Below, one piece after another: positions 27,021-38,599 of a stretch of 64,000 nucleotides of DNA. A program made the translations under genes and the position numbers. The notes under the pieces were generated by a model that was not told the origin of the DNA, searched no databases, and saw only the letters and a program-made list of their open reading frames with translations. Numbering within the stretch: the stretch's first letter is position 1; each line of letters opens with the position of its first letter. This DNA comes from Lama guanicoe (taxonomy: Eukaryota), in contig MU055785.1 of the NCBI GenBank assembly GCA_013239625.1, positions 13,241,861 to 13,305,860 on the forward strand. The letters run 5' to 3'.

Positions 27021-28079
27021 GGAGAAACCACTCATTCTTTTTAGTCGGTGGGCTCGACAGCAGGGGGGGAGGGTGGTACCAGGTACCGTGGTGGGGAAAA
27101 TAAATGACCCAAGGATGAGAATTCAAGCAAGAAAGCCTGTTTCAAGAACTGGAGCCCTCCATATGCGGCAGAGTACCCTTCCCGTTACGCCGAGTCACGC
27201 TGACCCTTCTCTCCCCGGTCTCCGCCCTCCACCCCAGCAACCGCACTGAGGGGGTCTTCTCTCCCTAAGTGCCGGCTGCCCCCCCATGCCGTCTCCCTGT
27301 CCAGGCTGCTGTGACTCCCCTCTGAGGTCACCCACGGGCCTCCTCACTGCTTCCCCCACCCAACTCTGCCCTCTGAAGCCGGGGAGGGGGGGTCCTTCTT
27401 GTACGCAAGTCTGATCAGTCCTTTTAACCCGATAGCGGCCCAGGTCCTTCCGTGAACGCTCCACCGTGCTGCTGGCTCTTGCCCGACCTGCTGTCCACTC
27501 TCAGCTCCCACATTCTCTGTCAAAGCTCCTTGGAGACCCAGCTCGAGGCTGAGCCAAGGAGGACAGTGGCTCCTCCTGGCACTGCCTCCCGACGTGGTAC
27601 CTTCTTCACTTTCTTTTTCCCTTTAAGATACAATGTTGGCCTGACAGTTAGTAAGACAGTTTTTAAAAAGGAACTTTAAATCCTATTTCCATCTGAAATC
27701 AAAGGCAATTTAGTAATTAAATGACAATCTTGAAATAAAAACGCTAAGAAACAAAAATATAAGAAAAACAATACAATGCCTTTAAGAATTTGTCCTCTCC
27801 ATTCAATGCCTGCTCCAGAGCTACCCGGCCCAAGCTCGGGCTGCTGACCACAGTAGAAGCAAACTGAGTCCTTCCGGGGTCCAGCAGGTGGGGGTCCCTG
27901 CAGCGCTGGGCAACCCGGGGCAGAAGTGAGATGCCAGGACACTCGAGCTGGCCCCTGCCTTGATGCTGTGCGTGAGACTGTCATCTTGCTGCTGCTGAGT
28001 TTGGTACGAGAACAAGGTCTCTGTATTTGAAACCATCCCCTTAGGAAAACAAAAACAATAGGAAGCAGTTCTTTTCCCC

Positions 28080-28415
28080 CGGTTTTATTGAGATATAACT
28101 GACATACAGCCACCGTGCAAGTTCGAGGTGCACAGCGTGGTGATTTGACTCACATACATCATGAAGCAACTCCTGTGATGGGTGTAGTGGACACCCATCA
28201 TCTCAATACAAGCACAACATCAAAGAGATAGAAAAGAATGCTTTTTCCCTGTGATGAGGGCTCTGAGGGTTCATTCTCTTAACACTTGCACTGATGATGT
28301 CCAATGATGTTAATTATCTTTATCATGTTGGACATTACATGCTAGTCCTTTTTTGTCCTATAACCAGAAGTTACCTTTTGACTACCTTCATCCAATTCCC
28401 CGTCCCCCTCCAGCT
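28080..28415 (-). mobile_element. L1MA9-like 3' end
   Basis: ttttattgagatataactgacatacagc...ccttttgactaccttcatccaattcccc. Confidence 0.75.
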
Positions 28416-29519
28416 CCGGACAAACAGTTCTTCTTACCCTGGCTGCACATGAGCAGCCTCCGAAACTTTATCCAAAAAAAAAAAAGACGATATCCAGGCC
28501 CACCACAAACCAGCTGAATCTGAAGGGAAGAGAGGAAAGTGTCCTTTAAAAAGCATCGGTGTTTTGCAAAAGCTCACCCCGTCTTTCTGTTGTGCAGCTG
28601 GGGTCGAGGACATTAAATAGATGGGCAGGATTGTTAGCATAAATTCTTCCCGAATGAGGATGGGGTGGACCCCCAGATCTGGAGAGAAATGGTAGAGCAA
28701 GGGTTAAACTGCTTTCTCAACTTGGGCAGAAGCCCGCCTGCTTGGAAGGTGCCAGGGCAGCTGGATGTGGCAGAAGGGAACAGGGGACGAGAGTAAAGCA
28801 GCCCCAGGACACGTGGCATCTGGGTCCACTCTGGCCGGTCCCCTCCCTGTGTCTTTAGCCAGATCCGTGAGGAACTGATAGCAGGTCTGTGGGAGCTCTC
28901 GTGGGGGTCTGGGGCCCACTGTGGACCACGGCGCATCCACTTCTGTATCTCTAGGACCAAAGCGCGTGCCTGGCACACGACGGGGGCTGGGCAAACGCGG
29001 GGCGGACGGATGACTGGCTGGACAGCTGGGCGCTGAGCGGAGCGCGCTTCTGCTTTGAAAGTAAAACTTCGCTTCACCCCCTCTAGTCCTTTTAGACGCG
29101 GCAGTTCCTGCTGCCACAGAGACCCTCAGCTCATCAATTACCGGCATTAACTGTAAATTATGCCCTTGCATAGTTAATCCAGCCTCTTCATTATGTAGTT
29201 AGCGGTGCTCAGCAGGCATAAAATTCAATAGCAAGATTTGGAGCAGATCCACCGTCTGTCTACTGTGATATTTGGAAAACGCCAAGTTCTAGTAGCGGAC
29301 CTCGGAGCTTGCCTCTCCTGTAAGGCCCCCCATGGGCTCTACTTCTTTTCTCTCTGCTCTTGGAATGAGTTCAGCCCTTCTGGAAAGGCTGATAGCTTCC
29401 AAGGCTGCGCCTGCCTGCCCTCCTCTCTCCAACCACGCGGAGACGCCTTCCCCCTCCTTGAGTGGAAATGCATGTCAGCCTGACTCGTGGATTGTCAGGG
29501 AGCCTGGCTCCTGGAGCAG

Positions 29520-29900
29520 TCACTCATTCATTATTCACTCAACAAATACTTATGGAGCACCACCTGAGGCTCGGTGCTGTGATGTGTCACGGGGGCATCA
29601 CAGCGAGCAACACAATGTCCTTAGTCTCGTGAAGCTCGCAGTGGAGAAGGAGGGGCATTCAGATGGTAAACGACCTGAGGCGTGTAAACAGATAAATGTA
29701 TAATGCACCACATGCTGCTGGAGATAAAGTAACTGATCCAGCCATGGATAACAGGGTCAACATAGTGAAGGATGAGCCGCGGTGACGTCGGGGGCAAAGC
29801 AAGTGCAAAGGCACTGGGGTAGATGGAAGCTTGGTGGTTCTGAGTAATTCTAAGGAAGCCAGAGTGAAATAGACTGGGGAGAAGATGATACAGAAGGAAG
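29520..29900 (-). mobile_element. L2 fragment
   Basis: cactcattcattattcactcaacaaatacttatggagcacc...gcaagtgcaaaggcactgggg...aaggaagccagagtga. Confidence 0.65.
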
Positions 29901-29929
29901 TTGGTGTAATAGCCGGGGAGAGGGACGTC

Positions 29930-30440
29930 ACATTATCAGGAACAGGGATATAAAGTCCCGGGGCCAGGCTCAGAATGGTCACTCAAAAGGCAATTGCTCC
30001 ACCATATTCAGCTTCCACTAACACATGTAGTGGGTGTATTTCCAATCTACCAACCCAGTGTGCGAACCATATAGAAAACTCCATTCCTTTGTCTGTCATT
30101 GCAGTCAAGATCTGCCTTAAGCCCCCATTCCATTTGGTAGCAGAAAGGTTAGTCTGGTTGATTCCAAGTTGGCTAAAGCATTTCAGGTTTAAACTCAGTT
30201 GGTTCAGTCTTTCCAGCCCTATCCGAATTTCCTCAAGAATGACCAAGGTAGGAAGGATGATGACTTTGGACGGCAGGAGAACCTTGGGTCTTCAGACATT
30301 CTCACTCATGGCTTCATCCATAGGGGTACCATCCTGTGCAAGGACATGGTCTTGGTTCAACACTGACCTTCACAAAGTTTCCATGTTTTTTCTACCTGGT
30401 CTGTGAGTGCACCATCCATGACATCCTTCCCACTCATGCT
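29930..30440 (-). mobile_element. Degenerate Gypsy/Ty3-type integrase (rve) fragment, probably an ancient LTR-retrotransposon internal region
   Basis: The minus frame reads ...QDHVLAQDGTPMDEAMSENV*RPKVLLPSKVIILPTLVILEEIRIGLERLNQLSLNLKCFSQLGINQTNLSATKWNGGLRQILTAMTDKG. By eye this aligns to the Gypsy integrase core (VDxFTKWPEAxPL..TAExV...FGxPEEIxSDQG.EF...L...L...LGIKQ..TSA...ERFNGTLKQML). Not verified by search. Confidence 0.55.
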
Positions 30441-31394
30441 CGTCTGCAGGAGACCAGCTGTCTCTCTCTCTCAGCTAGTTCCTTTCCTAGAACTAGATGA
30501 AAATTCCATTGCTTTCCTGTACCACTTAGGAGGCTGGGCAGTGGGGTTGTTGGCTCCTTCTCAGGCCCTCCCTGCCCCTGGCATCCCAAGATAATCCCAT
30601 TCTACCTCTGCTATACCCTGCTGGCCAAGTGCACGAGAGAATCTAGGGTCACTTAGGAATCAAGTGAAAGGCTTGTATCAGTCAGAGTCCATCACTGGGT
30701 GACAAACTGTCCCGAACCTACCATCTTAAAAAACTCTTATTTCTCACAGTAAATGGGAATGTTCTGGGCAGTTCCTCTGTTGGTTTTTCCCAGGCTCTGA
30801 TATGGAGCTATGTTTATCTAGGACAATAGCTTGGGGCCAGGATGGCTGGAACTCTCTCTCTCTCTATGTGATCTTGCATCTGGGCATCTGAGCATCTTCC
30901 TGGCCCTACTGGACCTCAGGAGTGGACTCGGTGCTTTCTCTCTGGAGTAGGGACCACTGTGGCAGCACCAGGAAGCCAACCAGGTGGCCAAAGAGCCCTA
31001 AGAACCTTCTGAGTGTTGTGTGGGGCCAGGCTTCTGCCTCCTGGATCTCTGAGGCCCTCTTAGCACCTGCACTTCCTAAAGTGTGGCCTCATTCAGCTAA
31101 CATTTCAGCAGCTTGAGAATGAATACTTCCTACATTCTTCATAGGTTGAGTCCGTGTAGCCACGGACTATGTTTCAGGAAACCACAAATAAAAGCCAGCG
31201 GAAATGCAGGAGCACAGCTGGGCCAAGGCCAAGGAGCTCTGGAACCACTGTGGGGGACTGTCACACAGGAGGCGTCCATGCTCTTTCTCCCCACCTTTCA
31301 AGAGCTCCACTTGGCCCACGGTTTTGTTCAGCTTCCCTGTGTCCATCTCTTCAACCCATTTCTTGTACTAAAAGAATTTTAATTTGCACAGCCA

Positions 31395-31582
31395 AGTGCC
31401 GGGCTCCTAGAGTCTGTTTAACCTATACACTTATCTCCCTACATATGCACAACACCCTGCAAGACCATTATCTATGTCCCCATTTCAGGGATGAGGAAAC
31501 TAAGGTTCTGAGAGCATGAGTGGCATGAATAATGTCCCGAGGCTAAGTGTGAGGTGCTTATCTGGAGCTTCGACTCCAAAAA
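31395..31582 (-). mobile_element. MIR SINE
   Basis: cacaacaccctgcaagaccattatctatgtccccatttcagggatgaggaaactaaggttctgagag. Confidence 0.65.
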
Positions 31583-31974
31583 CTCATCACTCACACTCAT
31601 CCTCCACGCATCTTCAAGGGAAGTAAGTGATGGGACCTGCTCTAGTCAAGTTCGGGCACAGAGCTGGCAACCTTGCTACCTAGGAGCGGTGCTTGAGTCA
31701 GGACCCAGGGACCGGGGGTAAGGTCTTGTTTCTCCCCACGTGCTGTGTTCAGCAAATCCCAGGACACATGGCCTTAGGAGGACAAAGATACACAAGTCCT
31801 GCCAGGTCACTGAACAGGAGCAATACTGCAGCAATAATTAGAGCTACCACTTGATGGAGAGTTGCTATGGTCTACATCAAGCCCCAGCGTGTTATACCTT
31901 TTATCTTTGCAACAACCTCATGAGGTTGGCTTATCACAGATCAAGAAACTGATTCTTCTACAGGTAAAGTGAGT

Positions 31975-32153
31975 GGCTCTTAAATTTTGCTGCAGATGAG
32001 AACCACCTGGGGGGGTTCCTAAGAATCCCAGTTCCCAGGTCCCACTGCAAACCAGCAGAAGTAAGATTCTTGGCAGGGGACCCAGACACCAGCATTTGCT
32101 AAAGCCCCCTCCACCAGATAATTCAGATTGTCACCAACGTTGAAAACCAGTGG
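31975..32153. mobile_element. MER5A-like hAT MITE inserted in a MIR (MIR ~31840-32250)
   Basis: gtggctcttaaattttgctgcagatgagaaccacctggg...ccaacgttgaaaaccagtgg. The MIR core is split into gaaactgatt...aggtaaagtg and taacttacccaatatcacac. Confidence 0.6.
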
Positions 32154-32357
32154 GGCTCAGTAACTTACCCAATATCACACCCCTACTAAACAGCAAAGTC
32201 AGAATTCAAACCCCAGTGTGTCTTATTTCACAGCCCATGGTTGGAACACCTACGCAATAGTATTGCTGCATAGACACTAGGAAGCAAAAAAAAATAATCA
32301 TAATTTAGAAGCAAAAGGCTTGGTGCTCACAGAGACAGCACCTTTTTTTTTTTGTAC

Positions 32358-32523
32358 AGCAGTAATGTTCGACCTTGGCTGCACATTAAAACCACCTGAG
32401 CTTTAAAAGTGCTAATGTCTGAGTATCACCTCTTGAGATTCTGATTCATTGGTGTCGATAGTTTTTTTTTTTTTAATCTCCCCTGTGATCATAACATTCA
32501 GCCAAGGTTGAGAGTGGCCACTG
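32358..32523. mobile_element. MER5A-like hAT MITE
   Basis: cagtaatgttcgaccttggctgcacattaaaaccacctgagc...gagattctgattcattgg...cagccaaggttgagagtggccactg. Confidence 0.6.
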
Positions 32524-32902
32524 AATAGAAAGGGAAGACTCAGGTTACGTCCTTAAGGGTTGCAGTTCTCCTTCGAAGCGATGTCATCGGCATCAGTATC
32601 ATTTGCAGTAAAGTACTCTCTTTCCTCATCCTTCTCCATTTACCTGAGACTATAAATTTTTAGGCTTTGGGGATGGGATGGAGAGAAGGGGAAAAAAAAA
32701 TTAAGTCTGAACTTGATCTAATCCAAGCGCGTCTGGAAACAGGGTAACCTTCAAAGGCTTTCCTCCTCCCCCTGCCCTTCACTGATACCCTACATCCTGA
32801 ATTCTGCCCTGTATGCTAATTGCAGAGAGCAGGGATGGAAGAGGTGACTCTCTCAATAACACAGCAGGTCCGTGCTAACCGCCTGGACATGTTGGATTAG
32901 GG

Positions 32903-33048
32903 CGTGTTATCTCAGCCCAGCCAATCAGGTATCCCCACTCAGCGGTTTGAATATGGGCCAAGTGGTGCCAAGAATCGTGTTATTTCAGCCCAGCCAATCA
33001 GGTATCCCCACTCAGCGGTTTGAATATGGGCCAAGTGGTGCCAAGAAT
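32903..33048 (+). repeat. 73-bp direct tandem duplication (2 copies, 1 mismatch)
   Basis: Unit cgtgttat(c/t)tcagcccagccaatcaggtatccccactcagcggtttgaatatgggccaagtggtgccaagaat at 32903-32975 and 32976-33048. Confidence 0.95.
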
Positions 33049-35926
33049 CAAGGACGGTAAGTAGGAAATTCGTTTTGGCATCAGCAGTGGTGTTCCGTCT
33101 AAAACTGGTTTTGTCCCAGGTCCTCACCTTGTATCTTTCCTTTGCTCCCACTTATTCTCCGTGTCTTTTCTTCACGCTTCCTAGTGATTTTGAGGCATTT
33201 GCTAGGTTCCCTTTTCTCTGTCGGTCAGCTCAAGGTGTTTTCTGTTGCTTGCAACTTGCAGCCCAAAGCAATATGCTTCGGCACCGCGGAGAGCTCCCAG
33301 AGAGCACCAGGGCATTGGTGACACTGGGGTCAAGGGGACTATCTGATAAAGCCTTTCCCAGAGGGGATGTAGGTGTCCTTTGCCTTCATGAAATACACAT
33401 GAGGGAAAGTGAATAAAGCAAAGCCTGGGCCGCATGGTTCTGTTCTCTTGGAGCAACTTCCCTGCCCTAAGGCTGATTTCTTCATTTTGTTAGTCTTATT
33501 TCTTTCTGCAGGCATTAAGCTGTCAACAGTGGCTGAAGACTTTAGAGCTGGAATTCCTTGCATCCCCATAGTGGGGAGGCAAAACCCTTTTGGCTTCTGA
33601 AGATACACTGAGACTTCATTTTCTCACAAAACAGACTTCTAGAGCTAAGAGGTTTGGTAAATTGGGTTTCCAGTGGTCCAAACTTTATTGTGACTATTGG
33701 GAGAATTTATTTGCTTTTGAGTAAGAGCTTTTTTTTTTTTAAGCCAATTTTGAAAATTTCTTTCAAGAGTTACTACAATAAATCTACACTATTGATTTAC
33801 CAAGTGGTGGTTCTTGGGGGCTCTCTGGAGTCACTTAAGAGTTTAAATTCCTCTCTTCATTACTCCAACAATATCACAAGCCCCATATAGGCTGATGTGG
33901 AGGGCTCTTGGTCCCTTCAAGGGAAAGGCTTAACAAAGGTTTCAGCTGGCTCAGAGAGAGTGGAAAAACACTGACCACAGACAGAATTGCAGACAGATTT
34001 CTTCTTTTCTCGGTCCCCATCTGCCAGCGTAATGAATCGTACCATGCTATTGTGTCTGACAGAAATGCACTGTGTACAAATCGAATGGACCCCAGTTCGC
34101 AGTGAATGACAGAGAGTCAGCACCTATGCCCTGGCGCGTTCTCGGGGAGGTCCTGGACCAGCCCTAGAGGGGCACATTTTAAAGGTGGCTTTCGACAGTC
34201 CAATCTCAAGTCACAGTGAATGAGCGTAGGGTCAAGTCCTGGTGAAAACAGGAGGACCTCACGTTTGTTGGTGTCTGGCAGTGCCAAGTTCTGTTCTGAG
34301 TGCGTGAGACGTGCTTGCTCATTTATTTAATCCTCACGTCAACTCTGTGAAGGGGGAAGGATTCGAGTTCCCACTTGGCAAGTAGCAAAAAGGGGGCAGA
34401 GCCACCCAAAGCAGCCCAGCTGGTAGCGGGTGACGCCACCATCAGGAGGTCTGTTTGGAAGCAGGCAGCATATGAATCATGGCACTGGCTGTGCTCCCTG
34501 TAAAGGCTCACAGGGTGTCTTCTTGGTTCTGACCACGAACCTCCCTCCTTCCCCTTCCCACTTCCTTTCTTTTTCCCTTCTTTAATGAAATACTCCTTGC
34601 ATGCCCAATATTTATAACCCTGCATCTGCTTTTGCTGCAGCAGGAGTGAGATGAAGAACAGGGCTGTGTAAGGACAACCCCAGCCCCAGTCCCTTGGCTG
34701 GCACTCCCAGGACCCCCGGGTACACTAAGGGTCCTGAGGACCACCGTTTGGGCATCTCCATGCTGTGTCGTATTTAGGGCAGGGGTCTTCCACCTGAAAG
34801 ACGGGTGTAGGTTGAAGGCACATTGCGAACTCTCTAGTGTCATCACCCTTGGAGGCATCCCTTTGGGGCCACGATGGGATCTTTGGACAACTGGATTTGT
34901 GCCACATGCAGGACGAAGAGTGAATTCCTTGTTGGAGAGAGTCTGTCAGATAAACAAGCAGCTACTGGACGTTCCCAGCGAGTTCAGCCGGTAGCCAGCT
35001 CTGCTGCAGACAAGGACACACCAAGGGCAGGTGTTCTTGCTCAGAAGGCAGGAGCAGGCCCCCTGAGATGAAGGCGTGTCTTCAGCCCAGAGCAGGGAGA
35101 GGCTGGCCCGAGCACGCGGGAGGGATTTCCGGAAGTGGATTGAGCAGACCCAGGTCCCTGCGGGCTTCAGCTGCTGGGCCACGGACCCCAAGAAGCCCCT
35201 CAGGTTGCAGACAGTTCAGACTCCAGACACGTCTCCCTCATTTCCCAGGACAATAATTCACTCTTGAGATTGAACAGACTTTGGCTTGACGTTCCAGGCG
35301 CTGGATTTGTTTTCCCTCCACCCCCAGAGGGGCAGCCGGCATCTCATAAATCACTCTTCTCCGGGGCCCCACTTCTGGCCCAGAGAACCGGAAGGAAGAT
35401 TCGTGAGTCCCGGTGCTCTAGTGGGTGTCACGACTTTGCTGTTACCTCCCGCCCCAGCCACTGAGCCGGGCTGAGGGTAACGGGTGAGCCGTCAGCCTTC
35501 TGGCCATCGGGCAGGCCCTGAGTCGAGCGGGTGCATCCCTAACGGACCCTCACCCCCAGCAAAGGGCCTTCTCCGCCCCTCTTCACAGCGGCACCAGCGC
35601 ATGCTTGGGGTGCAGTGTTAGCATGTTTCTTCCTTGACGTGCTGTGGAAAGTCCCCCTCAATTCACTTTGAAAACACGTGGCCTTCCCAGAGGCTGCCAG
35701 CTGAGAGAGCTGACGACCCACCACTTACAGCAGGACTTAGCCCAGAGGCGCGGGGCGTGGGGGGCACCTCAGCCTGGCTTCAAGGCCTGACCAGAGCCCT
35801 GGTCCACCCTGCAAACCCAGCTGCATGCCTGGGGTCCCCTTTCTCCTTGTTTCTACCAGTGTGGATTCATTTGGTTCAAGAGCTCCCGAAAGCTTCTCCC
35901 ATCTTCTCTTCGCTGACCCCCTAAAA

Positions 35927-36150
35927 CAAGTGCTGGCGAATTTTTTCAATAAAGGTCCAGATGATGAATTCTTCAGGCTTTGCAAGTTATACATTATGTG
36001 ACATAATTACTCAGCCACGCGCTTGTAACACGAAAACCGCCAGAGACGAAACGTGATCAAGGAGGGCAGGGCTGTGTGCCAGTGAAACTATGTACAAAAA
36101 CAGGCAGCAGGTCGGATTTGGCAGACAGACCACCGTCTGCCCATCTCCGT
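35927..36150 (+). mobile_element. MER58A-like hAT-Charlie MITE
   Basis: Colinear with the recalled MER58A consensus: ...aaaggtccagatg...caggctttgc...gctgtgtgccagtgaaact...tacaaaaacaggcagcaggtcggatttggc. Confidence 0.75.
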
Positions 36151-37296
36151 CCTAGAGCCGGTCCCTTGGCGTCTTGTCATTTCATACTCGGCCCCCACCC
36201 GAGTTAGAGGAGGACGCCGTTGAGAGCACGGGGCGGGGGAGCGAGACGGACTGTGTCAGCTTGATTCTGCCACTGACAAGCTGTGTGGATGCGAACAGGG
36301 GATGTTCCCTTCCTGGGCCTTCCTTCTGTCAGCTGAAAAATGAGATGTTTGGACTGTCAGTCGTTTCCCAAGCGTCAGAATTGTTAAGGCGAGCTCTCTA
36401 AAAATACATCCATGTGGGCTCAGCCCAGATAGAGGGTGTGGCCAGATTTCTTAGTTGCAGACATCAGAGTCGCATTAGCTAACTAGTCCTTCTAAAGCAG
36501 AAGAGATTTCATCAAAGGAGACCAGGCAGTTCCAAGACTCTCTGGGAGAGCCTTGGAATCCAGTGTATTTACTCCCCAGCCAGGGACGAGACAGACAGGG
36601 ATGAAACACAGACAAGACAGGCAACCAGCTCTGCCGAGGACTGTTGCAGCACAAGTGTCACCTGGCATAGTGCGAGGGCCCGGATGCCAGAAACACCAGC
36701 CCAGCGGCCCCGGGCCAACCAGGACCACGGTGCTTGTCAGCAAATCCTGAATCCCTTCCCAGCGGCTCTTTGATAACCCATTTCTACATCTCAGTCCCAG
36801 AAGAGCATCTCCAACAGGGGGCATCCTGCTCCAAGCCTGCATTTAGCTGCAAGGAAGCCTGGCAGTGTAGTTTGCTGCTCATCCGCCTCTGCAGGGCAGG
36901 AGGACAAGCCAGGAAGGGGGTGAAAGGTGCTGAGTTAGCTGCTTATGGTATCCGCCACACCGGACTTAAAGGGGGTCTGTTTAGTGCCAAGGTCATCCAG
37001 GCTCATGCTGTAAGGGTGAGGCAAACTGGACCAGCTCACTGTCTGAAGAGCTGGTGAAAATCAACCCAGGGGACTCATCAATCCGTGTCCTGGTTAAATG
37101 CTCACAGCTGAAGACTCTTTGCCCAGACCTCCTCACCAGGGGGTGCTGTCCCATCCCAGCCGCCTAGGTCCATGACTCGTAGTTGGTGCTGTAGGGTACT
37201 CTGCCTGACAGGTGTTTTCCTCGTCCTGATAATTAATAAGTGCCAGTTGTGAGGAGGCCAAAGGGACGGAGCGGTCCTTCCACCGAACAGAGTCAA

Positions 37297-37327
37297 CTTA
37301 AAGCTCTTTTTCTTTGCTCTCTTCCAG
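37297..37327 (+). promoter_or_regulatory. Candidate branch point, polypyrimidine tract and 3' splice site of the TMEM132C exon
   Basis: CTTAA at 37297-37301, then a pyrimidine-rich run ending in CAG at 37325-37327. Confidence 0.75.
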
Positions 37328-37511
37328 AAGCAGCAGTTTATTCAATGAGGTCGTACAGATGAATTTTGAAATAGCCAGCTTCAGCAGCCTCTCAGGGACG
37401 CAGCCCATCACCTGGCAGGTGGAATACCCACGCAAGGGGACCACAGACATCGCTGTGTCTGAGATCTTCACCAGCCAGAAGGACCTGGTCGGCATCGTGC
37501 CCCTGGCCATG
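37328..37511 (+). CDS. TMEM132C: Internal coding exon (probably exon 4) of transmembrane protein 132C
   Basis: Translation SSSLFNEVVQMNFEIASFSSLSGTQPITWQVEYPRKGTTDIAVSEIFTSQKDLVGIVPLAM closely matches my recollection of mammalian TMEM132C. A polypyrimidine tract and acceptor (ctctttttctttgctctcttccag) end at 37327, and the donor ATG|gtaagg starts at 37512. The exon is 184 bp and starts in phase 2, ends in phase 0. Neighbouring exons were not seen in the window. Confidence 0.92.
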
Positions 37512-37821
37512 GTAAGGCTCGTGTGATTGGGGTGCTCCTGTGGTCAGCTGTCTGATTGCACCCTGGGTCCTTCCTAGGATGCATGCTGCATTTGTTTTAT
37601 GGGATGTCTGCTTTCAAAGCTTTCCATCTCCCTACAGCTTGGAAGTTGCTACATTCATTCATCCAGGCTTCCCCGACTCCAATTATTTTCACACCGGCTT
37701 CGGGACATGTGCCCTTCCCTTTACCAAATTTTTAGTCTTTACTTACTTTTACTTCTTTGTGTCTACTCTAGTTCTTTTTTTTTTAATGTTCCTTTTTTAT
37801 AAGGAAACTCTAGGCTGCTGT

Positions 37822-38210
37822 GTACATTAGGATAAATATGGTGTGCTGCTGCTCCTACAAACACCCCCCAAAATCTCAGGTGTCTAAGACAACGTATCTT
37901 ACTCTTGCTCATACCACGTGGCTTAGATGGTAGGGAGCTCTGTTCCATGTGGTCCTGCGGGGATCTAGACGGATGCATAGGTTGTCGCCTTAGCTACAAC
38001 ATCAGGAACTTGTGGCCTTTTTGGCCGCAAAGACAAAGGAACAGTCAGAGAGTCACAGGCAGGCTCTTCTAAGCAGTGGCTGACAAGTTGCATGTGATTA
38101 CACACATCCCGTTGGGCAGAGGGAGTCCCGTGGCCCCATCAGATCTCAAGAGGGCGGGGAAACATGGGTGCAGTGGAAGAGTTCGATGAATAACCTGGTC
38201 TCTGCCTCAC
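37822..38210 (-). mobile_element. Old MLT1 (K/L-like) LTR
   Basis: gctgctcctacaaacacccccaaaatctcaggtg...cttactcttgctcata...cccgttgggcagagggagtcccgtggcccca. Confidence 0.55.
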
Positions 38211-38599
38211 GACGCAGTAAGTCGAAATAGAACATAACACAAAGACAGTCTGTCTGCGCAAACCCACGTTACCAACTTCAAGCTAGACCCTGTGCGGCTG
38301 GAAATAAGGAAGGAAGGAAGGGGAGGGGAGGAGACCAGATTGTAACTCTGCCTTGTGGTCACTTACCCACGTCTGTCATGTCCTGGGGCTCTTCTCAGGG
38401 GCCATTCCTCGGCAGGGGCACAAGTGTAAAGACCCCCTTCTGGGGGGTTCCAGAGGCATGGGAAGTGATCTGAAGCATAGCTCCAACTGTCTTTGCCAGA
38501 ATTTGCCCTCACAGACACGGAGCTCGGCATGGATGTTCTAAAACCAACAGCTTTGGTATAAGTGGGCTTCACTGACACCAGGTTGAGAAATAGATCAAT

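Noticed and set aside
29983-30246. Endogenous bornavirus element or SPRY-domain pseudogene as the source of the minus-strand ORF
   Set aside because: No similarity to bornavirus N or M as I recall them, and only a few residues resemble SPRY. The integrase alignment explains much more of the sequence.
29975-30406. 143-aa plus-strand ORF as a gene
   Set aside because: Best explained as the antisense shadow of the integrase-like minus frame. No homology recognised.
32903-33048. CRISPR-like or other prokaryotic repeat array
   Set aside because: Only two abutting copies with no spacers, and the DNA is mammalian. No CRISPR array, operon or prophage signal was seen in the window.
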